Shown here one piece after another: positions 1 to 12,214 of a DNA stretch of 64,000 nt. Below the pieces are notes generated by a model that had not been told where the DNA came from, did not search any database, and was given only the letters and a program-made list of their open reading frames with translations. Position 1 is the first letter of the stretch. The number at the start of each line of letters is the position of its first letter. Source of the DNA: Parasitella parasitica NRRL 2501 (Eukaryota > Fungi > Mucoromycota); assembly GCA_025201805.1 (NCBI GenBank), contig MU619240.1, forward strand, positions 122,953 through 186,952. The letters run 5' to 3'. The translations under genes and the position numbers were made by a program.

Positions 1-428
1 TGCTGTTAGAAGAGCAGAAATGCTGCGAGTTAGAAACAAAAAATCATTAGATTACCTTTCAAAAAATAGTGATTTAATTTTTACATTACTCTAAATAAAA
101 AAAGTCTTTTACACAATATATTAGTTTTTTTTGTGATGTATAAAGTTATAGTTATATAGCAAAATATTTGAGGCATCATATATCATCTGCTATATAAACT
201 AATAAATTTATTACAGGTTTCCCAACCTTCAAATAAGTCGACTTATTGAAGTTTCCTCTTGAATAAGTTCAATTAATTGCCTGCGGGATATGAAATCAGA
301 GGTTTCCTTTTGGTCTCCTCAGGTTTCCCGACCCACATATAAATATGTATATAGTGAATAATAATAATAAACCTCGAGCGATTAAAATAGTAAACATATC
401 AGATAATAAGAAAGCGTAGCTTTTTTTT

Positions 429-1596
429 TTATGATAACTGTGGATCAAAATTGCTGGTCGTGATGCTGTTTTTTCTATGAAAGGCACTCATTAACGTAGA
501 ACTGTTGGTTGGTGTGGTTGTGATTGTAGCGGATGTAGTAGTATTTGGAGTAGGGTTTTGACGGACACCCTAATAGACCATCGATTTGTCTTGTTTTAAT
601 GAAAAGATCGTATATAAACATTTAAACACTTACCAAAGGGTTCTTGCTGAAAGATAGTCGAATACCACCTTTGACAGAATTACTGAGAGGATTGCCATGA
701 AGATCTTGTAATGCTTGTGCAGCATAAATAGCATCATCAAATTCAACAAAGCACATGGGTCCATTTGATTTGTTGCGAAAAGATAACCGCTTATATCCTG
801 GACACTTGGAAAACATACTTCTTAATTCGTCCTCGTTTGTATTGGGTGGTAGGTTCCCAACATACAACGTGTTACAAGGTGGATTCTGATCCGCCGGATT
901 TGAGCTACCGACCAACATACCTCCCAGGCTTCTGTAACTTGTCGTAGGTGATAAAATGCCAGGTGGCGGTGGAGGAGATGAAGATTTAGGTGGGGTAGAT
1001 AGAGAATTGAGAGGATGAAAACGAGTAATGATGGGTTCGTGGTGATGCAATTGTTGTTGATAGAAATTGTTATTTTCTTCCATCACTCTAGTCAAACCTG
1101 TTGATGTGGAGCTAGTTGGAGGAGATGCAATGTTTATGCTGGAAATTGATATAGTACTGTTTGCTGTTGCTCTATTGGCAATGTTATGATTTGCTGAGAA
1201 GAAACAATTCATGGTTTGGAATGTACGATCATTTGTAGGCGTAGATTTTGAAAGATAATCTACGTCGTAATTAGTGGGTGTAAATCTGCTGTTGCCAGTG
1301 TTGAACCGACTAGTTGACAATGATGGTTTAACAAATAAATCCATTGATCTGGCATCTACTGATTGAGACCTGGCAGTAAAAGATGAGTCAAGTGTAGGCG
1401 GCATGAGATCTGAGTAGAAATCAGGATAACCATCGTTGGACATGAGCTCATTAGGAAGTGAATGCGGGACTGAATAGAAGGCTTCATACGCTGCTGAAGA
1501 AGGGTTAGAGAAACGAGATGTCAAGGGAGATTGCGTGTGCTGTTGTTGTTGTTGTTGCTGTTGCTGTTGCTGTTGCAAAATTTGAAATTGCTGTGT

Positions 1597-1652
<56 letters not shown>

Positions 1653-1668
1653 GCTGTTGCTGTTGCTG

Positions 1669-1699
<31 letters not shown>

Positions 1700-1720
1700 T
1701 GTTGTTGTTGTTGCTGTTGC

Positions 1721-1769
<49 letters not shown>

Positions 1770-2326
1770 CGTTTAGTATACCTCTTTTGGTATGTAGATT
1801 CTTTTTGGCCATTTCTGCCTTGAGCATACAGCCTTTTTCAGCATCTACTTTGCGACCATTCAAAATATCTCGGGCATCTACAGCTTCTTTACGTGTACGA
1901 AATTTGGCAAATCCAATCTGTATTATGTTTAGAAATGTTAGATCTCAGTTTTTTTTATGCTCCACACAATGTACACATCCCGGTTCTTTGTCCTCCCCCT
2001 TCCTAATTTATTAAACTCACTATTTGCTTTCTACCATTATTAGTCATCATATAGTCTTCTTCTCCATCTTTAGAGGGCACTTTTAACGTAGCAGCTTCAA
2101 AACCGGGGGAAAACATAAACATATTCTGAAATTCACGCTCTTGCATGTCTTCAGGAAAGCCGACAACGAAAATAGTCGAAATTTCTTCTTTTGCGGGGGA
2201 AATTAGGCCATCGAGATGTTGTTGCTGAAATACCATGTTATTGCTATTATTACTGTTGACCAACGCACTAAAAAATGGACTATTTAGAGGAGTAGGTGAT
2301 AAAGGTGTCGTTGGTGTTTGACTCAT
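429..2326 (-). CDS. Whi3/Scw1-like two-RRM RNA-binding protein with long polyQ
   Basis: Exons 2326-2021, 1917-634 and 569-429 (GT-AG, frame-consistent). N-terminal RRM ([21 protein letters not shown]...IGFAKF). C-terminal [16 protein letters not shown]...PMCFVEF...[15 protein letters not shown], typical of Whi3/Scw1. Probable 5'UTR intron at 2436-2346. Confidence 0.85.
1540..1767 (-). repeat. CAA/CAG trinucleotide repeat encoding Q57 + Q12
   Basis: TTG/CTG run on + strand; 1597-1767 = 57 Gln codons and 1540-1575 = 12 Gln codons, in frame with the RRM gene. Confidence 0.95.
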
Positions 2327-3434
2327 TGTATCTCTTTTTTTATAGCTTGTAAAAAAAGAAAGAGAAAAACGTGGGGAAAGAGATTTCTGTAAATTTATTA
2401 GTAAATTTATTTTTTTCTTTTGAGAAATATACTCACCAAGGAGGAAAGAAATACAGAATAAGTTTATAGTTATAAATAATTTATAATTTTCTTTATCAAC
2501 TATCGTGATTTGTGCCTTTCTGTGGGGTTTTCAAACAGAAAAAAGTGAAAGAAAAGCTATCTGGCAAATATAATCTCAATTTGAAATAAGGAAAACACGA
2601 GGCAAATGGGAAGACGTGTCCTGAGTATCACTGAACAATCATCTAATACTGTCTACAATGCACGTGACACAGATTCGTCTACAAGCTACATGGTTAAGCG
2701 TATTGACGATCTCAGTGCGTTGATGACATACAATTGGCACTGATTTGTATTTTTGCAGCTGTTTGTCATGGAAACTCATTTGTTTTGACAGGCTATCACC
2801 GTGATCGGCTCAACTCAAATAATGAAAAGTTTATTTTTTAATACTATAGACAATAATTACTTTAACTATTACATTTCTCATTTATCCTTGGACTTTATTT
2901 GTGCACATGCAATGTAGCATGACACACACTTTGCATAATTTAGAGTTTAAGGTGAGAAAAATAAGCTTATGTTATGAAAATGCAAGGTAATTACCTTCCA
3001 CTTAATACTGTAATACAAAAGAATGTGGATTTAATAATAATAAAAAGGGTTAAATATGTAAAAGTGAATTTCAAAGGGGCAAAGTCATAATAAGGGTACA
3101 AAATAGAAATGTGGTATGAATCAAAATTGTTTAATCCCTTTTCTTTCTACATCTATACTTCAAAATGATGTACGCATCCCTACCAAGACCTATTTCAGTA
3201 TTTAATGTAATTTTTCTCTGGTACCATCGCTTGACATGATTACTAATCATCACTTAACAATAGGATTCATGCTTTGTCGACATTGATTTGTCAGAAGATG
3301 TCAAAAACCGAAATAATGAAGGTACTTGGAACGGTATCTTTACAATCTGATTGACCTCTCGGTACTCATTCCGCGCGATTACAGTTATTCAGCGACCTGG
3401 CCAACAAATCGTAACTATAGAAGCTGAACCTACT

Positions 3435-4391
3435 ATGTCTATTTGGAAAGCGGCTGAAACGGGCAACATGACTGCATTAACATATTTCATATACAATCAT
3501 TCATCCCAAAAACAACAGTTGAAACTGCAGGAGGAGGATGATACAACAGAAACAAGCATAGCTCGGCTTTTGAATACTCGAGATCCAAATACAGAATGCA
3601 CATTAGTATATTTAATAGTCGCAAATAATCCAAACCCTGTTGAACCATTAAGATTGCTGCTTGAGCAAGGAGCAGATGCAACTGCCCGCAATATATACAA
3701 CGTCCAAGCAATTCATGCTCTATTTCTTCGGTGTCCTGAGCCATTGGAGGCGTTGCAGCTTTTATTAGACCATGATGCAGATCCAAATGCACGAGATGGC
3801 GATGGCTGGACACCTATTCACTATGCTGCAAGATTTTGTAAGTCTCCAGGGCCTGTCTTGAAGATACTACTCAAAGCAGGGGCCGATGTGAATGCCATAG
3901 ATACTAGCCATAAAACCTCATTATTTTGTTTATTGGCGAATGGTGACCACAGTTTAACCCTGGATTGGCTTATTCACACTGCTAAAGCCAATATCAAGGT
4001 TAGAGGAGACTTTCTGGACGGACAAACTCGACGTACAAAGCAAGGATCACTAATTCTACAGGCGGCAAAATATGGCCGACTATCATCATTACGTATTTTG
4101 ATTAGTTCAGCTTCAGCAATGGAGAGCCTTGAGACAATCTTGACAAAAGACGAATTGATCTTAGCAATTGACATGGTTCGTGAACAATTGGTGAAAGTTA
4201 CGGAACGAGATGGCATAGAAAAATTAGGGTTGATGATCATGATACTGGAGAATCTAATGCAAAAGATATACAGCAAAAGGGAAACTGAAAAAGAGCCTTC
4301 GCAGCTCGAGCAAGGAGAAGACGAATCTGATGGGTTGAAAAGAAGGCCAAGTTTATTAAAAAGAATAGGATCTCTATCATGGACAAAATAA
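3435..4391 (+). CDS. Ankyrin repeat protein
   Basis: ATG at 3435 (MSIWKAAETG). Ankyrin motifs LLLEQGADATARN, DADPNARDGDGWTPIHYAARF, LLKAGADVNAID. Confidence 0.8.
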   Translation: MSIWKAAETGNMTALTYFIYNHSSQKQQLKLQEEDDTTETSIARLLNTRDPNTECTLVYLIVANNPNPVEPLRLLLEQGADATARNIYNVQAIHALFLRCPEPLEALQLLLDHDADPNARDGDGWTPIHYAARFCKSPGPVLKILLKAGADVNAIDTSHKTSLFCLLANGDHSLTLDWLIHTAKANIKVRGDFLDGQTRRTKQGSLILQAAKYGRLSSLRILISSASAMESLETILTKDELILAIDMVREQLVKVTERDGIEKLGLMIMILENLMQKIYSKRETEKEPSQLEQGEDESDGLKRRPSLLKRIGSLSWTK

Positions 4392-4504
4392 ACAACTCCT
4401 CTTGAAATGTACATGAAAAACCAATAGATCTCCTTTTTTAGCATGAAAAAAAATATCTATGAACACTAAATGATTTCACATTCTGTTTTCTTTTCCTTTT
4501 ACAA

Positions 4505-5008
4505 ATGACAGATTTTGTAAATATGGAACATTCAACAACTAATCATGTCGGCACAGATAAAGATAGGAGATGCAGCTGTTGTACATTCTGTGAACATTCG
4601 TGTAGTCCAATTATGAATGTATTTGAACCGCAAACGTTGTCTTCCACACCACCTCTTGAAAATGTATACTTCAAACAAGAGAAAGACCATCCTTTCTCAT
4701 GTATATATCTATTGAATCTGTTTTCAGCGCCTGATATGACTCGATATCTTGCCGAGACACCTATACCGGATGATGTTTATGATTTGCCTATTCATATACA
4801 AAAACTCATCTGCGAAGCAAGAATGGAAGTATTGGTATCCAAGCAGAAGAATTTTCCACAAACAAGTAATAATAATAATGCTATAAGGAGGTTGGAAAAA
4901 GTCCAAGAATATATCAAAGGTGTCGCTCATTATGATACTGCTGCCATCATCGATACTTTAAACGAGCTTATTAATGACGAAGATGAAATGTCTGCCATTT
5001 TGGAGTAA
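4505..5008 (+). CDS. Hypothetical protein (167 aa, Cys-rich N-terminus)
   Basis: Single ORF with acaaATG context after a pyrimidine tract; family not recognised. Confidence 0.55.
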   Translation: MTDFVNMEHSTTNHVGTDKDRRCSCCTFCEHSCSPIMNVFEPQTLSSTPPLENVYFKQEKDHPFSCIYLLNLFSAPDMTRYLAETPIPDDVYDLPIHIQKLICEARMEVLVSKQKNFPQTSNNNNAIRRLEKVQEYIKGVAHYDTAAIIDTLNELINDEDEMSAILE

Positions 5009-6170
5009 CTCTTCAACTGCATATATCTGCTTTTTGCTCATATATTTTTTACCGCTATCCTCAATGCAAGCACTTGCTATATACTCTAGTACATATCCAG
5101 TTTTTTAGGTTTTTCACATAAATAAAATTTGCTACATATAATACATGTATGCATATGCCATTTGTGACACTGTATTCTATCTGGCACCTGTTTTTCATTC
5201 ATTGTAGAAGTTAAATAATTATAACTTCATAATGTTGTACTCAAAAAAAACCTGGTTACAGCAATTTCTTGTATCTGATAAATCAATTTTCAAGAGAGAT
5301 AAGCACTTTAATTTTTTTGTATAGATGTTAAAAAAAACAGTTATTAAATAGGGACAGATAGAAAATGTGGAGTTGCTCTTTTGTTGAGCCAGATTTTGAA
5401 GTAGGCACAACAGATGTTTTTTAATGATAAAAAATAGCAAAGCAATAAAGACTACTAAATTAGCAGATGCAAAATCAATGGTTCTTTTGATGGATAAGAA
5501 GTTGTCTATTTATTAGAATATATCCATATGAATCAATATACGAATAAAATCAAATTATGTTTAAAATTGTAAACCTCTCAAACAAGATTATATCACAATA
5601 GTAATTAGAACAAGACTTATTCATATTTAATTACCTAATAACTATGAATGCGAACCATTCCTCAATTACTTTAGCTTGGTAATTTTTATGAAGTAGCTTG
5701 GTAATTTAGAATAAATATGTAGAACCCAAAAAGTTGATGATTCCTTCTTAAACAAAATATTCCATTATTTATTTATACCATCTATTATTATACTATAATC
5801 AGTTTAACCTCTTAGATCTTATCAGGAACAATTATCATGTTGAGTGATTTAGAGAAGGGGACAATAGATTGTATCTATTGTCCATGATGAACATGTCATC
5901 ATCTTGAATTATAAGAATGGAACATGATCCATTGGGATATGTTCCTGGATTGTGTTTGTGATTGAGTTTTCTTGAGTTTGACTTCCGGGTCAGGAAATGA
6001 CAACTCAAAAACATTTGTAAGACGTTTTCATTGAAATCTAGAAAGTTATCTGCAAAAACCATACAAAAATTGCATATAAACACTGTGATCTGCCATAATG
6101 TAGGATAGGAAATCATGATAATGTACTTCAATTAAAGATTGGAGATTTTCCAATGATGTGTTGTTATACT

Positions 6171-6493
6171 TGTCGAAACAGGAGAATAAAGTCCTTGTTT
6201 CAAATCAGGAAGGTTATCTGTAACACAGATCTGTATGATTGACAAACAATAAGGTACTGTCAGATCAAAGATCAATAACCTTGTAGTATAATAATACATC
6301 GTACCCTGTTAAGGATACCGTATCGACTAGTATTTTAAATAAGTCACCAAAAATCTTTGTAGTTGTAAAAAGTATAAATAGCAGATGCAAAATTGAATCT
6401 TTAATAAAGTAATCCCAAGCTTTCGTATCTCGTTAATTCGACGTTTTATTTTATACTTTTCTTATTCTTTTCGATCTATTGCAAATCTCAACA
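6171..6493 (+). mobile_element. Solo-LTR-like repeat, copy 1
   Basis: Starts TGTCGA and ends TCAACA (imperfect terminal inverted repeat, TG...CA). Internal TATAAATA and AATAAA. Colinear with 32250-32586. Flanks TACT/CACT (possible 4-bp TSD, 1 mismatch). Confidence 0.7.
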
Positions 6494-7453
6494 CACTGAT
6501 AGGCTTCGATAAAGAGCAAAATAAACACTGTCTTATGCGCCATAAGAACAGGCATGATCATCGCAATCTGAGAATACCTTGGTTTCCACTGGGCAATGTC
6601 CTTATCAAAGTAGTAGCCCTATCCCGCTATCGAAGTTGAAGCTACATAGGTGTGGATCATTGTTATTGATTATAATTAGTCCTAAAACGAGAAATTGAAT
6701 TTGTCTAATTTTGTCTGTAGAGTAAAATATCAGATAATGAATTTCAGCAGACATTAAAAATGATGTAACTCAATACTAAGTATCAATTCATTGTAATTAT
6801 GTACAAGCGTAGTTTTTGGTTTCATAGTGAACACACATATGGTCATAACTGCAGCATGCTACAGGGACCGTGGAACCGCTATCAAATCTGGAAAAATATT
6901 GGCAACCCAGCACTATCAAGTAAAAGCATTTCTAATCATGAAAAATTGGTGTGTGCAAAGTTATCTACAAAAAACAGTGATTTTTATTTAAGGTTAAAGA
7001 AATATATATAAATTTCTTTAACACTGTACGTATAGTGAATAATAGTAAATGTATTAAGCTTGAATATCATGGGCATGATCATGGCTATCGGATATAAGGC
7101 ACTTGGCTTCCACTGTGCGAAAGTTTCTGATTGCTTCGCAAACTCTAGTAGTCTTTAGGTTTTAATTGTTGAACGTTAGAGAAGTAAGAGCATGAATTGT
7201 ATAGTTACGCTGACGTTTCTTATATTGTAGGAAAGACAGCCATTTAATAAAAGAAATTGGACCACAGCTTTAAAAAATAACAGATAAAGCTAATCTGTCT
7301 ATGAAAGTTCCACCTCAAAGTGTGCAATCGATTTGAAAGCTTACTATCATCGAAATTGAAAGGGTAGCTGACCAGGATGTTGATATTGATGTGGTAGCTA
7401 ATCCTTATTATCTATCATACTTCACAGTAAACTCTTTATCAACATTTACTTGG

Positions 7454-7456
<3 letters not shown>

Positions 7457-7528
<72 letters not shown>
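7457..7528. repeat. Poly(T) homopolymer (72 nt)
   Basis: Directly visible, about 50 nt past the IPI3 stop; length may be an assembly artefact. Confidence 0.9.
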
Positions 7529-7529
<1 letters not shown>

Positions 7530-7581
7530 GCATTTACGCCGGCTACTAATTCTTTGGGCTATTTTATTATAATACATGAAT

Positions 7582-9201
7582 CTAATTTTCGTTTCTGCTT
7601 TCTTCTTCCCCCTCCTCATCTTCATCTTCATCTTCCTCATCATCTTGATCTAATTTTCTCTTGTTACGTCTTTGTTCCATGAAATTATCCACAACCAGAG
7701 TATAAATTTCGTTATGTAGCGATTTTGATTTCAGATGATGCTCATTCAAACGAACCAACTCTGCTTGAAGTGCATTTACTTGATTCTGTAAACCAGCACT
7801 TGAATCGTCGGTCTAATTTTTTTTTTCCAAAGTCTGTCATTACACTGTACATATCAATAAAAATTACGTATATTGTCTTACCTTCATGTCTCTAATAGCG
7901 TTTGATGCTCGTTTGATAGTTTTTAATTCTGTCGTAAGGGATGAATTAGCAGGACCAGATTCTATTAATTGTTGATGACAACTCAGGTCGATGCTTGTAT
8001 TCTGAATAGTTTGCTGGCTGGCATCACGAAGCTCTTCATCTGCAGTAGCCAAAGCTCGTTTTAACTGTTTCCAAGGCATTGGTGTGACATTTTGCGTGGC
8101 TGCGTCTGGATGTAGCTCAATGGGTCTTAAAAAGCAAGCGACATGGCTGATGGGCCCTTTGTGTGATTCAAATTTACGCAGAGGCTGTCTACTCAACACA
8201 TCCCATACAATACAGTTGCCGTCTTCTGCGCCAGATATCAAAATGGTGCCATCGAACGATAATGTGAGTGAGTTGATTCCGCCTGTATGACCCACAAACA
8301 TAGAGCCTAGCATGGGTGTTTTCGATTGATCTGCTGCAGTTGGTGTAGTTGATTTGATACCGATGGATTCCACTCTACTCATGCCTCCCAAACTCTCCAC
8401 GGTGTTGATTTTGTAGGACTGATCTTGGCGACGCTTGTATAGATCGACAGAATAAATCTTGTCTTCGCAAGCAGCGAAAATAGTGGTTTCGGAAGGATCC
8501 ATAATGACGCTGGAAACAGCTTTGGGGAATAAAAAGGTGGTCAAAAGCTGGCCCGTAGCGAGATCCCATAGTTTGACAGTGTGATCGAGACTTGCGGTGC
8601 ATACGCGAGCACCAGATAGATTGCCATTGCCAATAAAAATATCAGATATAGGCAAAGTGTGGTCGGACCAGGAGTGTAAAGGAGCAGGGCGAATGGTGAT
8701 GTCTTGGTTGCCATCAGCACTGGCAGGTGTGAGTAGATGAGCCAACAGCCAAACATTAACAGCAGCATCTTCACTGGCTGTTAATAGAGTAGAGTCATCG
8801 CTGCTGAATGCAAGCCGTGTGATGCGACGATAATGCGCTTCAAAGACACGGATTAAATGCCCAGTAGGCACATGCCATAAATAAACTTTTCCGCCGCCTG
8901 TTGCAGCAGCTAGATATTGGCCCTGATATGAGGCTGCAACGCTCACCATCTTTTCCGCTGTGGTCATTTTGTGGAGGACTTGATCGCGCTGCCATTGATA
9001 GACATTGAGAATGGCACGATCAATTTGGGTAGTGACAACAGAGCCAACCTGAAATCCAGCGCCTGGCTTTGGCACTAATGCAAGTCCACCTTTTCCTGAC
9101 AGGCTCTGCTTGAATGAAAATATGTTGGATCCAGATCGAATGTCCCAGACATGAATAGTGTTGTCAGTACTGGAGGCTGATAAAGCGACTTCGGTTGCCA
9201 T
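7582..9201 (-). CDS. IPI3: WD40 Rix1-complex subunit Ipi3/WDR18
   Basis: Start MATEVALSASS at 9201; exons 9201-7882 and 7812-7582. WD repeats (YLWHVPTGHLIRVFEAHYRRI, WSDHTLPISD, TASLDHTVKLWD), then a C-terminal coiled coil and acidic tail. Confidence 0.85.
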
Positions 9202-9247
9202 GCTGATGTGATGTGAGGTGCAAAGAAGAAGAAATGAATTTGCATTG

Positions 9248-9249
<2 letters not shown>

Positions 9250-9309
<60 letters not shown>
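9250..9309. repeat. Poly(T) homopolymer (60 nt) upstream of IPI3
   Basis: Directly visible; it produces the spurious poly-K N-terminus in the ORF track. Confidence 0.9.
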
Positions 9310-10559
9310 CTTATCAGCCACTTTCGCATATGAAAAGTAGTCTGGCAGTGCACTAGAGAAAAGAACGATTTAGATGAATGAAGTGTATGCAACATGACAA
9401 AAGTAAATAAAGGCATAGTAGATTTGTAAAGAAATGGCAGAGGTTGAGTAAATTATTTACAGAATATTAAAAGACCCATATTTCAATTTATTAATTGAGT
9501 CTCTGAATCTGGCTCTCTGGCTCTCTGACTTTTTCGTTGACTGCATGGACCACCTAAATTGTGACATTTGTGATGTTAATTTACCAAGAATTACTTTCAC
9601 AGAGTCGATCTGAACGTGGTACTTGTGATTTGGTAACTTGATGCTTGTGTCTAAAGATAAGAAAAGAAAATTTACTTTTTCATGATCTTTTCATTAAAAA
9701 AAAAAAAAAAGTAGAAATCAGCTTTAGGTTAGCAGTATTGATCACTTGTCCTAAATGTTCCACTCGGTTTGTTAGCCCCAACCCCATCACCACCACCAGC
9801 ACCACCCTAACCGCCATCTGAGCAAGAAGCATAAAGGACACTGCTCGTCTGCCTAAAGAAAAAAAAAAGAGAAAGCTGTCTGTGTGCGGAACAACGACAA
9901 CGGCATCAACATTGCCAAGACAACCAACAATATTGCCACCACGAGCAATAACAACAATTCCGTGTCAGCAGGCGTAAGACAATACCAGTTGTAAGGGATG
10001 AATTGAAATTAGATGAGCAAGTTACAAGTTCTTCATCAACAGCAAGCACATTTCCGCATGCTCATTAATTAAAGTATTGTGAAATGGCACAGATGCCGTA
10101 AATCTTTCAAAAACTAACAAGGCGAAGGGTTTGATGTTGAGCAAAATTGAGACTTGGAGATCAAAAGCTGGGGAAAATGCCGTATGCTCAATATCGACCA
10201 TATACTTATAGAATAGCTAGACTGCGTATGGCCATTGCCAACTTAAATCCAAGAATCACGAAGCTCTATTTGCGACCAAACTAAAAAAAATTGCCTTTGA
10301 ATAAACGATGAGTAACTTTGAGATGAACAAGTAAATGTTCTTCTCTTACCATCCCCAAGAGCCGCCTTTAATAAGTCGATGGGAACATTGCACTAACTTT
10401 GTGCATGCTTCAAAAACAAAGATTCCAAGTATCGCAATGAAGACGGTTCACGCTGTGGAATGAAGGTGTCAGAGTGTCAGAGTCAGAGAAAACTCACCAA
10501 TCATTGCAACGAATTGCTCGTTTGTTCATCATGTTTAAAAACTTTTTCCAACAAGCCTA

Positions 10560-10570
10560 TGAAAAATTTT
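10560..10570 (+). promoter_or_regulatory. RRPE-like element TGAAAAATTTT
   Basis: Exact match to the yeast RRPE consensus, about 210 nt upstream of the SPE2 ATG; function in this lineage is inferred only. Confidence 0.35.
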
Positions 10571-10778
10571 GGTTCCTCTTCATTTTGTTTTTTTTTTTTT
10601 CAACAAAAAATCCTCTAACAAAAGAAAACCAATTGCATCGATACTGGTGATTTGATTTGACATCGCACAACATCTCTCTGGAAGCCGTTGATACAAGTTT
10701 TCCTCTCTCCTATTTTTGTACTCGCAGTACAGATAACACCTTTCCGACCTCCGTAGCATAAGCCCAGCCACTCACTTT

Positions 10779-12214
10779 ATGGTCAATCTAACGAACAACT
10801 CAGTTATTACCACTACGACTCCTACTGCAGGTGAGAATTACTCTGCACAGGAAGGAGCTTTTGAAGGTCCTGAAAAGCTGCTGGAAATCTGGTTTTCGCC
10901 TTCACCGGAAAGATTGAAAGATCACCAAAGCCTGTCTTCCGATGAATCCGAAGACGATAGCCGCTGTATTCGCAGTCAAAGAAGACGAAGCCATGCTCGT
11001 GTGGAAGGAAAAACTGGTCTTCGTGTCATTCCCAGACCCGTACTGGATAAAATGCTGGCATTGGTCAAATGCACCGTTTTAAATGTCATTTCAAATAAGG
11101 ACGTGGATGCTTATTTACTGAGGTATGTGGCTATAGAAAAAGAAAAAATGCATTACAGTTGTATTTATGCCATGCATTGTTACTTTTAGCGAGTCGTCTA
11201 TGTTTGTCTATCCTCACAAAATGATCCTGAAAACATGCGGTACAACCACGCTGCTTCTGGCAGTATCTCGGCTTTTGGAAGTTGCCAAAAACTACTGTGG
11301 ATTCGAAAAGGTGTGGAGAGTCTTTTACTCGAGAAAGGCTTTTATGTTTCCCGAGCGTCAAGTAGGCCCCCATCGTTCTTGGGAAGACGAAGTCGAATTC
11401 TTGGACAAGTATTTTGGTAGGCTCTTTTGTTGCCGTCATTGTTGTTCTTTGCGCTAATTTTTGGGTAAAAGATACAGGATCCTCGTATATTGTTGGCAAA
11501 GAGCGTCAGGATCAATGGCATCTGTATATGACCAGACCCTCGGATGATGTGCTGCATCATCCCAGTTCCCGTCCTATGCTTCCTCATCTGCGCGGTGTGA
11601 TGCAGGAACACGAAATCCAAAGTGGCGCTTCAACACCTGTCACTTCGGATTCGGACGATCCTTCTCCTTTTGGAAATGCAGGCCATTGTCACCCAGATCA
11701 AACAATCGAAATTCACATGACAGGACTTAATCAAACCAAGATGAGAGAATTTTATCATGATGCTTCACAAACAGCAAGCGGCATACTCGGGGGTAAGTGG
11801 GTTGATCAGCAAACTGGTATTGATAAACTTTATCCAATGGCCACGCTCGATAGCTTCTTGTTTGAGCCTTGTGGTTACTCAAGCAACGCTATTTGGAATG
11901 ACACGTATTTCAACTTTCATGTTACGCCAGAGGAGGAGTGCTCCTACGCCTCATTCGAGACCAATATACCTGTTGAGAAATCGCATGCCAACTCGGGTGA
12001 GCAAAGTCCGGTGGAAGCACTGATAACTCAAATCTTGGACATCTTTGATCCCTCCTCATTCACTGTCACCTACTTTTCGTCCCATCATAAACAGCATTAT
12101 AGCCATAGTCATATGGTACGGTCTATGAGCGCACTGAATGGCTACAAACGCACTAATCGTATTTTATATGAATTCGATGGCTACGATCTAGTCTATGGTC
12201 ATTATGCTAAATGA
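10779..12214 (+). CDS. SPE2: S-adenosylmethionine decarboxylase proenzyme
   Basis: [13 protein letters not shown]. Splicing 11122/11190 rebuilds the self-cleavage site YLLSESSMFV. Also [15 protein letters not shown] and [17 protein letters not shown]. Second intron about 11417-11471. Confidence 0.97.

Noticed and set aside
1518-1823. Poly-Val and poly-Leu ORFs on the + strand
   Set aside because: Antisense readings of the polyQ repeat.
5835-6131. ORF with FIMDN, reminiscent of a Tc1/IS630 DDE motif
   Set aside because: No other catalytic motifs and no TIRs.
7446-9416. Poly-Lys ORFs, and the idea that IPI3 is a retrocopy with a poly(A) tail
   Set aside because: The poly-K arises from poly(T) tracts; IPI3 keeps an intron, has a tract on both sides and shows no TSD.
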